Virus record (IMG/VR): IMGVR_UViG_3300020477_001475
Coordinates: 32,001-96,000 of that record
Direction: 5' to 3' (one strand)
DNA: 64,000 nt
From: a virus
The stretch's first letter is position 1; each line of letters starts with the position of its first letter. Position numbers and translations under genes: made by a program. The notes beneath the pieces are model-generated. The model did not search any database. It was not told where the DNA came from and worked only from the letters and a program-made list of their open reading frames with translations. This document shows, piece after piece, positions 56,276 to 64,000 of this stretch.

Positions 56276-57260
56276 ATATTGTTTCTGTTAATTTAAAACA
56301 AACCTTATAAGGATCACAATTAGCAGAAGGTCTTCTATCTTCAAGATAACCTTTACCATCTTTTGCTACTTGCCAAGGAACTCTAACTGATGCTCCTCTA
56401 TCCGAAACTCCCCAATGAAATCTATTAATTGGACAAGTTTCATGCAATCCAGTGAGTCGTCTTTCATTACCATGACCATAAACACCAATATGTTCTTGAT
56501 GTTTATTTTCTAATTTCTGTATAGCTTCATGTATAACTTTATCACCACCATCTTCTCTCATAGCCTTTGTTGAGAAGTTTGTATGAGCACCAGCACCATT
56601 CCAATCACCTTCAACAGGTTTTGGGTCAAGTGATACTTCTATATCGTTTTTAGCACAAACCTTTTCCAATATCCAACGAGCAACCCAAATATCATCTGAT
56701 ATTACTATTGGGTCATCGGCACCAATCTGATACTCCCATTGTCCAAGCATAACTTCTGAATTAATACCACTAATCTTGATACCAGCTTTAATACAATAAT
56801 CCATATGTCTGCGAGCAATCCAATCGCCTTTATTTCTACCACAATAGTAATCACCTTGTGGTGCAGGCTCACCTTCTATTGGCCATCCCAATGGTCTACC
56901 ATTTTCATACAAAGTATATTCTTGCTCTATACCAACCCATACATCTTGCTCTCTATGTGTTTGGTATAACTCTTCCAATTCAAACCTATGATTAGTCGGA
57001 TGTGGATGGTCATGGACATCCCAAACTTCACATAATACCAAAAATGAATCGTGTTTTTCCATAGGATTTTCATATAATCTAACAGGTTTTAAAACACAAT
57101 CAGAGTTAGCTCCTTCAGCTTGATTTGTTGATGAACCATCAAACCCCCATACAGGACAATCAGTTATACTCCTACCAAATTCTTCTACAATTTTTGTTTT
57201 ACTACGCAATTGACTTGTTGGTTCAGTTCCATCAATCCATATGTATTCTAATTTAGTCAT
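56265..57260 (-). CDS. glnII: Glutamine synthetase type II
   Basis: EYIWIDG, LRSKT, WGFDGSST.QA, GINSEVMLGQWEYQIG, DWNGAGAHTNFST, RLTGLHET, GYLEDRRP. Confidence 0.95.
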   Translation of the reverse strand: MTKLEYIWIDGTEPTSQLRSKTKIVEEFGRSITDCPVWGFDGSSTNQAEGANSDCVLKPVRLYENPMEKHDSFLVLCEVWDVHDHPHPTNHRFELEELYQTHREQDVWVGIEQEYTLYENGRPLGWPIEGEPAPQGDYYCGRNKGDWIARRHMDYCIKAGIKISGINSEVMLGQWEYQIGADDPIVISDDIWVARWILEKVCAKNDIEVSLDPKPVEGDWNGAGAHTNFSTKAMREDGGDKVIHEAIQKLENKHQEHIGVYGHGNERRLTGLHETCPINRFHWGVSDRGASVRVPWQVAKDGKGYLEDRRPSANCDPYKVCFKLTETICGD

Positions 57261-57261
57261 A

Positions 57262-57684
57262 TTATTTCCCCCAAACTTTTTCTTTCACTAATTGTGCTAT
57301 TATAGCGTAATTTGCTAAGTCCATAAAGGTATCCATTAATGATTCATTTTCAGGTTCTTGATTGTTTATAACAATTTGTTGAAATCTTTGCATCTTATCA
57401 TTCATTCTGAACCATAATCCTGTAAGTGCTAATTTAACTTCTTCTTCTGTTTCAAGGTTACTTCCAACTGATATATTTTTTGGACCATAATCTTTTTGTT
57501 TTTTACAGAATAATTCCCATTGATTAAATTGGATGTCTTGAAACATTTTTGTTGTATCTGGATATTTTTCTTCTATAAAATTTATAGGGTTAGTGTCATC
57601 CCATCCCATATTATTATTCATTATAACACCATTTAATGAACTTTTTTTAGAAGCTTCTTTTATAACTTTAATTTTACTTTTCAT
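57262..57684 (-). CDS. DUF1599 / nucleotide-modification-associated domain protein
   Basis: KQKDYG, RMNDKMQR, ESLMDTFMDLANYAII. Confidence 0.8.
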   Translation of the reverse strand: MKSKIKVIKEASKKSSLNGVIMNNNMGWDDTNPINFIEEKYPDTTKMFQDIQFNQWELFCKKQKDYGPKNISVGSNLETEEEVKLALTGLWFRMNDKMQRFQQIVINNQEPENESLMDTFMDLANYAIIAQLVKEKVWGK

Positions 57685-58109
57685 TTTTTACCCTTCAATA
57701 GTTTTTTAATTTGTTTTGGTTCCTTACCATATATTTCTAATAACGATTTTAATTGATTTTTATCCAAAATATCCACATATTCAACACATTCTTTTTTACT
57801 GACTTCGTAATATTTGCAAACTATATCCACCAATTCTACATCATATTTCACTTGTTTTTTTCCTTTAATATACCTATTGAAACGTTTTCCTTTAGGAAGG
57901 ATATCACGATACCATTTATAAGTATCCTTTGGTTCCAATAATCCAATAGAATATTTTTGAAAAAAATTGACTATTTCAATAAATTCTCTATCCATAGACA
58001 GCCATCTATTTATAATAAAAGGATTAAATGTTTTTTGATCTGATTCCGAAAAATCATTCCAATCTTTTTTATGAACCAACAACTGGTTCACCCAATCTAC
58101 AATCGTCAT
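57681..58109 (-). CDS. Clamp loader small subunit (T4 gp62-like)
   Basis: FNPFIINRWLSM...K.KRF..YIK...YYEVS pattern; near clamp and clamp-loader ATPase. Confidence 0.7.
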   Translation of the reverse strand: MTIVDWVNQLLVHKKDWNDFSESDQKTFNPFIINRWLSMDREFIEIVNFFQKYSIGLLEPKDTYKWYRDILPKGKRFNRYIKGKKQVKYDVELVDIVCKYYEVSKKECVEYVDILDKNQLKSLLEIYGKEPKQIKKLLKGKK

Positions 58110-58321
58110 CCTGGTTTTACTTTCTTTTTATAATCTGTTTCATAAAACCCATTACCTTTGAATTGTGGTTTACCTGTTGAACCATATATTCTTTCCATTC
58201 TTATATGTCTTCTTGGTACAGGTGTACTACAATCTTTACAGAATGGTGCATCATCACCCAACTTACCTAAAATATCTTTTGTGTCACAACATTTTGGACA
58301 TTTATAGGTATATATTGGCAT
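58106..58321 (-). CDS. FmdB-family zinc-ribbon protein
   Basis: MPIYTYKCPKC...CKDC...FKGNGFYETDY. Confidence 0.85.
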   Translation of the reverse strand: MPIYTYKCPKCCDTKDILGKLGDDAPFCKDCSTPVPRRHIRMERIYGSTGKPQFKGNGFYETDYKKKVKPG

Positions 58322-58542
58322 TATTCAAATTCACCTTGTTGAAATTCTTTATTAACATGCCCACATTTATTACAACTGAAAACTTGCATTGGTATAATAG
58401 CTTCTTGACCTGATGGTGATACCAAAGCTGATAATTTTCTCATTTTATATCTTGTATTAAATACATCATGTTCACATTCTTCACATTTATATGCCGTTGT
58501 TTTCGACATATCTACACCACTATGCATTTCTCCATCCAACAT
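58321..58542 (-). CDS. Zinc-ribbon hypothetical protein
   Basis: CEEC and CNKCGH pairs. Confidence 0.7.
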   Translation of the reverse strand: MLDGEMHSGVDMSKTTAYKCEECEHDVFNTRYKMRKLSALVSPSGQEAIIPMQVFSCNKCGHVNKEFQQGEFE

Positions 58543-58895
58543 TATTTTACCTCCAATAATTCTACATCAAAAATTAATATGGAATTTGGTGGAATTTTAC
58601 CCATATTTCTTTCACCATAACCAAGTTCAGGTGGTATAATCAAAGTTCTTTTACTACCAACATTCATATCAGCAAATCCTTCATCCCATCCTTTAATTAC
58701 TCTACCTTTACCGATAGGAAATTCAAAAGGTTTGTTTCTATCATAAGAACTATCAAAAACAGTACCATCTTCTAAATAACCTTTATAATGAGCAACTACA
58801 GTTTGACCATCAGTAGGTTTTTTTCCAGAACCCTTTTTATGTTCTAACATTCTCAAACCACTATCCATTACCATTTCATTCATTTTGTACCCCAC
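58542..58895 (-). CDS. FKBP-type peptidyl-prolyl isomerase
   Basis: [45 protein letters not shown]. Confidence 0.95.
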   Translation of the reverse strand: MGYKMNEMVMDSGLRMLEHKKGSGKKPTDGQTVVAHYKGYLEDGTVFDSSYDRNKPFEFPIGKGRVIKGWDEGFADMNVGSKRTLIIPPELGYGERNMGKIPPNSILIFDVELLEVK

Positions 58896-59095
58896 ACAGA
58901 TGTATCTTCAGTTATTTCCCACACTTCAGATTCATTACCAATTTCTTGTAAAAAATTTTCTATTTCTTCTACATGAGGTTTAAAATCAACATGTTCAGAT
59001 AAACCTCTATCTTCCAAATGTAATTTTATTTGAAATAAAGGCATTCTAATTCTTTCCAATACTTCCTGATAAGCTTTTTCATTTAAATACTTCAT
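58880..59095 (-). CDS. Hypothetical protein
   Basis: 71-aa ORF with GGAG RBS. Confidence 0.6.
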   Translation of the reverse strand: MKYLNEKAYQEVLERIRMPLFQIKLHLEDRGLSEHVDFKPHVEEIENFLQEIGNESEVWEITEDTSVWGTK

Positions 59096-59108
59096 TTAAT
59101 TATCTCCA

Positions 59109-60107
59109 TTATTTAATATTATTTATTGGTATTAATTTCTTAATATTTTCATCTACATGTTGTGGTACAAATCCTTTAATTTTTAAGAATTTATTCCATT
59201 TGAGTTTTTTTCCATATAGTTTATCTAAATTTGATTTATATTCTTCTATATTAGATAAACATTTTTTTCTACCTTTATTTAATGAATCTAAACCTTTAAC
59301 ACCTCTAATGACATGGAGTATTATCTCTGTTACTTTACCATGTTTTATCCAATTTCGTACTGCTGTATATAGTTTTGTATCTTCATAACTATATGGTAAA
59401 GCTATCTGATGACAGTCACCACCCTCATTATAATCATTACCTGTTTGAAATCCATATACTGGTTCACTTTCCCAGCATTTATCTATCCATTCAGTTTTTA
59501 TACTTTTATCAGTATAAGTCCAAGTTTTATTTTTTGGTTTATTAGTTTTTAATCTATCCATAACTGCAGTTAAAACTTTACCTTTGGAAACTTTATCTAA
59601 GTGCGGTTCACATTCTTTTAGAAAATCCTTGAAAGCTTTCTCTGAATTTTTCATTTCCTTCATTTCTACTGCTTCTATGATAGAGTTTTGTAAGTCGTGT
59701 TCTGTGTTATCCCATTTTGGTAATTTCCTATTAGACCAAATCCTTAAAGCTCTTTTTGATCTTGGAGTAGAACATTCTACAACAATATGTGCATACCAAT
59801 TAACATTACTTACTTCAAAATAACCATCTCTACCAAACCCATCAATTCTATCATAAATCCCATCAGTCCGTTCTTCAACAATTGGTATTGGTTGATTAAA
59901 ATCTAAACCACCTTTAAATGATTTTTCTAATTTATCTACTCTATTTGTTATTTCATCATGTACTCTGTGTTGACCATAAATCGTATCATTATTAACCATA
60001 TTACGATGTAATATTTTAATACCTATAACTTTAATACCCTTAATTGGAATATCTGGTATATTAAACTTATCAACATTTCTTTCCAAATATTCTTTTGTTA
60101 TTTTCAT
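59109..60107 (-). CDS. Hypothetical protein with possible ParB/Srx-like N-terminal domain
   Basis: PIPIV...IDGFGR resembles the ParB DG.HR motif; weak. Confidence 0.45.
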   Translation of the reverse strand: MKITKEYLERNVDKFNIPDIPIKGIKVIGIKILHRNMVNNDTIYGQHRVHDEITNRVDKLEKSFKGGLDFNQPIPIVEERTDGIYDRIDGFGRDGYFEVSNVNWYAHIVVECSTPRSKRALRIWSNRKLPKWDNTEHDLQNSIIEAVEMKEMKNSEKAFKDFLKECEPHLDKVSKGKVLTAVMDRLKTNKPKNKTWTYTDKSIKTEWIDKCWESEPVYGFQTGNDYNEGGDCHQIALPYSYEDTKLYTAVRNWIKHGKVTEIILHVIRGVKGLDSLNKGRKKCLSNIEEYKSNLDKLYGKKLKWNKFLKIKGFVPQHVDENIKKLIPINNIK

Positions 60108-61009
60108 TTAATTATCTCCATTATTTTAATCATTGTAGACATAAAGTTTATTTCTTTATCCACCACATTAACATCTTGATATTGTCCTTGAGCAATAGCT
60201 AATATACATTCAGCATCTTTGCCATTTGAATAAGCACCAACATCATCATATAATAATCTATATAATTCCGAATAATCACTTATAGAATTATCAGCAATCA
60301 ACTGCCTAACATCAGTAAAATTATTACCATTAGACAAACATTCTAATAATTGTAATTTATAATTATTTTGAATAATAGAACTATTATCAATCTTCAATTC
60401 ACCACCAACCACTTGTCTTTGTGCAGAATTTATAACTCTACGAATATCTGGATATCCAGCGTTTACAATTAAAGCTACATCATCTAAATCATAAACAATA
60501 CTTTCTTGATTTAAAATATTAACCATTTGTTGAGCTACCTCTTTTTTAGATGGTGGAACAACTTTGTATGATTGACATCTCGATTGAATTGGATCGATTA
60601 TTCTTTCTACATAATTACAAGTAAGAATGAACCGACAATGTTTTGAAAATGTTTCCATTAGGTTTCTTAACGCTGCTTGTGCATTTGGTGTAAGATAATC
60701 ACACTCATCAAGAATCACAACTTTCAAATCTTTAAACCCAACAGAAGATGCAAATGTTTTAACTTTATTCCTGACATCATCAACCTTATTTTCGTCAGAA
60801 GCATTTATATACATGTAATCACAATCAATGTTCTTAACAACTATCTTAGCAAGTGTGGTTTTACCTGTACCAGCTTTACCATAAAGTAAAAGGTGAGGTA
60901 CATCTTCATTTTCTAAATATATACTCACCTTACTTTTAAGATGTTCATTACCTATATAAGTTGATAAATCAGTAGGTCTGTATTTTTCTACCCATAAACT
61001 ATGACTCAT
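60104..61009 (-). CDS. Clamp loader ATPase subunit (RFC small / T4 gp44-like)
   Basis: WVEKYRP, GKAGTGKT, NASD, LDECD, AQAALR, SRC. Confidence 0.93.
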   Translation of the reverse strand: MSHSLWVEKYRPTDLSTYIGNEHLKSKVSIYLENEDVPHLLLYGKAGTGKTTLAKIVVKNIDCDYMYINASDENKVDDVRNKVKTFASSVGFKDLKVVILDECDYLTPNAQAALRNLMETFSKHCRFILTCNYVERIIDPIQSRCQSYKVVPPSKKEVAQQMVNILNQESIVYDLDDVALIVNAGYPDIRRVINSAQRQVVGGELKIDNSSIIQNNYKLQLLECLSNGNNFTDVRQLIADNSISDYSELYRLLYDDVGAYSNGKDAECILAIAQGQYQDVNVVDKEINFMSTMIKIMEIIK

Positions 61010-61731
61010 TAATCATTATCCTGCATTGCAACTAAATAATAAGTAACATCAAAGTCGTCAACTTTAAAGTTCATTTTCATTAAACCATCTTTAGCTACTT
61101 CTAAAATAGCTGATGTACACTCTTTATTAGCAACTAAAACTTCCTTGAATAAATTAGCGTTAAAAGAAATGGGTTTTTCCAAATCAGATTCAATTAAATT
61201 AGTTGGTATATTGATCCTATTTGTATTTGTAGATGAATAACCAATAATACAATCAACCGACCCATTATTAGAAACTAATGTAAAACTATCAACATCAGAT
61301 AAAGCAGATTTACCTTTAATAAATGTATTAACAAAATCACTATCCATCTTTATCTTAATACCAAATGGAGGTGTTCTTTTTAATTTAGGTGGCGTACCTA
61401 TAACTGATGTTTCTGATAATGTATAATTAACAGATATATTATTATTATCATTTACTTTAAGTGATATAGGTTTATCATTAACTTTATTCAACGATAATTT
61501 TATATCATCTCCTAAAACTCCAAGTAATTTATCTAATTGATCCGTAGAATAAATACCAACTTCACCATTTTCTAAATCAACACCACAAACTTCTAAATTA
61601 CCCAATAAACTCTTATCAGCAGTGACAAATGATGTATTCAACACATTATCTTCCACTTTCCACACAACAGAATTAACATTACCAGATAAACCATATTTTT
61701 TAATAAACCCATTAAGTTTATTCTTTTTCAT
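61009..61731 (-). CDS. DNA sliding clamp (gp45/PCNA-like)
   Basis: 240-aa two-domain alpha/beta pattern, GIY..LL motif, C-terminal YYLVA; between polymerase and clamp loader. Confidence 0.7.
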   Translation of the reverse strand: MKKNKLNGFIKKYGLSGNVNSVVWKVEDNVLNTSFVTADKSLLGNLEVCGVDLENGEVGIYSTDQLDKLLGVLGDDIKLSLNKVNDKPISLKVNDNNNISVNYTLSETSVIGTPPKLKRTPPFGIKIKMDSDFVNTFIKGKSALSDVDSFTLVSNNGSVDCIIGYSSTNTNRINIPTNLIESDLEKPISFNANLFKEVLVANKECTSAILEVAKDGLMKMNFKVDDFDVTYYLVAMQDND

Positions 61732-61769
61732 ATATCATTCTCCTTATTATATGATTATTTAATTATTAT

Positions 61770-61799
61770 AATATAAAACTTTTTTAGAATATAAAACAA
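61770..61799 (-). promoter_or_regulatory. sigma70-like promoter (TTGTTT-18-TATATT) upstream of the clamp gene
   Basis: Near-copy of the 54278-54307 motif. Confidence 0.55.
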
Positions 61800-61806
61800 G
61801 CTTTTT

Positions 61807-64000
61807 TTAAAAAAATCTTTCAATAGAATTTTGTCTATCAGTAGGCATTTCCCAATTTAATGCATTATAAAACATTATTATCTTCTTTTCCATAGCACCT
61901 TTGTATAACTTATCATAATTAGCATACTGCTTAATAAAATCCATAATTTCAGGTGGATCATCATAACCTTTAAATGCTATAGCTTCAATACCATAAGAAT
62001 TGTTTTTCAAATATATCCATTTTATTTTAGAACTATTTCTAATTGGTTCTATATTATTTAACCCAAAATGTTTTAATAAATCGTTATATTTAATAGAAGC
62101 TTTAACATGAACAGGAGTACCCTTCTTTAAATTACTAAATATAGATCCAGTGTTAGAAAATTTACTTCTCTTCTTATCCAAATACTTTTTCAAACCTTTA
62201 ACACCAGTTGGTAATGCTATGTCTTCAATAGGTTCGGTTTTCATACTCTTTTTAAATTTCATTATAATATCATCAATGTCATCTTTTGGTTCATTTGATA
62301 ATATCATTTGTAACACATTTTTCATTAAATCTCTCATCGCTGGTGGGAAATTACTTCTAACAATATCTAAACCTTTAACATCAAGTTTATCACATTTAAC
62401 ACCACCATCATTAATAATCCATTGACCATATCTTTTCTTTGTAACCCAAAATGCTGATTTGGCAACACACTCTTGTTTGATATCAAATCTATGATCACCT
62501 TTAATATTCAAAAACTTTTTAGCAAAATAATTATAACTATTATTAATAAAATCTTGAACTTCTTTAGCAACATCCAATATTTGTGTTGTCATAAATTCTT
62601 CATTATTAACATCTACATCTGGAAATCTTTTTTTAACAAGTGGTAAAGCCGGATAGAATACAGAATCAGTATCTGTATAAATACAATAATCTTCCTTATC
62701 ATCAAGTTCTTTATTATAATAATGATTAGCTATCTTCTCTGTAAATTTTATTAATTCTTGTCCTGTTAATGTAGTAGCTTCAGCATTATCAACATCATAA
62801 AATCTGAATACAGGTAATCCTAACACACCATACAGAGAATTAAGAATAATCTTTTGAATATGTTGTCTTCTTTTAAAATAACCATATTTTTCATCATCAC
62901 CTTCATTACCATATTTTTTCATAAGAGTTTTATATTCAACTCTTTCATTAAACCATTTTTCCAATAATACAGGAATCAATCCCTTCCTATCATTTCTATA
63001 TAATATACCATTAGAAGATATAGTTATATTATTTTCACTAAATAATTTTTTTAATTGTATTTCATCGAATGTACCTTGTATCCTATTATTCTTTTCCAAC
63101 GAATATGTTTTCGATGTACCCCTGATAAATTCTTCTGCATCCCAGCCAATCAATTTACCCAACTTCATTTCAGGTGATATATTTAAAGACATAATAACTG
63201 AAGGGTACATTGATGTCAAATCTAAATCATAAACCCAATCATATCTACCAGATTTTGGATCTTTTACATATGCCCCACTAAATTTTTCATCATCACTTTT
63301 CATTTTAGCACCAAACTTTTTGTTTGGGGCTATAACACCAACCTTCTTCATATAAACCAACATAGCACCTTCGAGATACCTACTACTATAAAAATTATCT
63401 TCATAAGGTACATGACCAAGATGACTAACACCACGAGCCAAATCAATAAATTTTAATTTATCATCTAATGCCTTTACAATAATAACATCATTTAAATTAT
63501 ATTCCACATATTTGTTTATATCGGTTTCATATAAATCTTGTAAAGTTCCCTCATACTCAATCTTACCAATACCAACTTCAAGTTGACCTATGAAATCTAA
63601 TCTATATGATGATTGTTGTGTATATGTAAACCATCTATACAATTTAAGATAATCAAGACATGATACACCAGCTATTTTATACATTTTTCTGGAATCATTA
63701 TAATAAACTTCACCTATGGGAGATAAAGTATTGGCAAAACTTTCACCCATAACCCTTTTAGTTCTATTATACAAATATGGTATATCAAAACCATCTATAT
63801 TCCAACCACTCAATATAGTTGGGTTTATTTCTAGATACTTTTGATAAAACCTCTGCAATAATTCTTCTTCACTACCAAAAGCTTCTATAGTAGTTTTTTT
63901 ATGAATTGAATTTTTGATATTTCCTAATATCAAACAAGTATAACTGTCAGCAACTTTATCATATAATGCTATAGATGTTATTTTATTTTTAGCTATTGAT
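61807..64000 (-). CDS. polB: Family B DNA polymerase, 5' end beyond the window
   Basis: ExoII SGWNIDGFDIPY, ExoIII YNLND, motif A DLTSMYPS, motif B KIILNSLYG, motif C YTDTDS; frame stays open from 63933 to 64000. Confidence 0.96.
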   Translation of the reverse strand, partial: SIAKNKITSIALYDKVADSYTCLILGNIKNSIHKKTTIEAFGSEEELLQRFYQKYLEINPTILSGWNIDGFDIPYLYNRTKRVMGESFANTLSPIGEVYYNDSRKMYKIAGVSCLDYLKLYRWFTYTQQSSYRLDFIGQLEVGIGKIEYEGTLQDLYETDINKYVEYNLNDVIIVKALDDKLKFIDLARGVSHLGHVPYEDNFYSSRYLEGAMLVYMKKVGVIAPNKKFGAKMKSDDEKFSGAYVKDPKSGRYDWVYDLDLTSMYPSVIMSLNISPEMKLGKLIGWDAEEFIRGTSKTYSLEKNNRIQGTFDEIQLKKLFSENNITISSNGILYRNDRKGLIPVLLEKWFNERVEYKTLMKKYGNEGDDEKYGYFKRRQHIQKIILNSLYGVLGLPVFRFYDVDNAEATTLTGQELIKFTEKIANHYYNKELDDKEDYCIYTDTDSVFYPALPLVKKRFPDVDVNNEEFMTTQILDVAKEVQDFINNSYNYFAKKFLNIKGDHRFDIKQECVAKSAFWVTKKRYGQWIINDGGVKCDKLDVKGLDIVRSNFPPAMRDLMKNVLQMILSNEPKDDIDDIIMKFKKSMKTEPIEDIALPTGVKGLKKYLDKKRSKFSNTGSIFSNLKKGTPVHVKASIKYNDLLKHFGLNNIEPIRNSSKIKWIYLKNNSYGIEAIAFKGYDDPPEIMDFIKQYANYDKLYKGAMEKKIIMFYNALNWEMPTDRQNSIERFF

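Noticed and set aside
63931-63933. TTG start of the DNA polymerase given by the ORF track
   Set aside because: The frame is open to the window edge and the ExoI motif is missing, so the real start lies beyond 64000.
1-64000. Alternative genetic code (stop-codon reassignment)
   Set aside because: Conserved genes are full length and densely packed under the standard code, and TAA, TAG and TGA all serve as gene ends.

Overview
AT-rich segment of a large (jumbo-type) dsDNA phage genome; essentially all credible genes are on the minus strand and read in the standard code. From high to low coordinates (direction of transcription): a T4-like replisome (family B polymerase cut by the window edge, sliding clamp, two clamp-loader subunits); a cassette with DUF1599, type II glutamine synthetase, a catalytic-domain-only Asp/Asn-tRNA synthetase homologue, a cytidylyltransferase, a 148-nt aberrant tRNA-Asp(GUC)-like RNA and two Mom-like GNAT DNA-modification enzymes; a Cas4/RecB-like nuclease; a ~24-kb glycan biosynthesis cluster; an operon of Cys/Asp-rich giant proteins (5119 aa, 1194 aa with dockerin, a lamin-tail/somatomedin-B protein, a possible cohesin-like protein); small early-type ORFs; and a regulatory/non-coding region (1-3000) with repeated promoters, DnaA-type boxes, a 23-bp inverted repeat and structured RNAs. 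The main unannotated signal is a tandem pair of 73-nt cloverleaf RNAs (1964-2036, 2046-2118) with covarying stems and tRNA-Gly identity elements but non-canonical D, T and anticodon loops. With the two Mom-like enzymes and the oversized tRNA-Asp-like RNA, this suggests (hypothesis only) a phage-encoded aminoacyl-tRNA-dependent DNA hypermodification system with its own non-translational donor RNAs. All family assignments are from motif recognition by eye; no searches were run.
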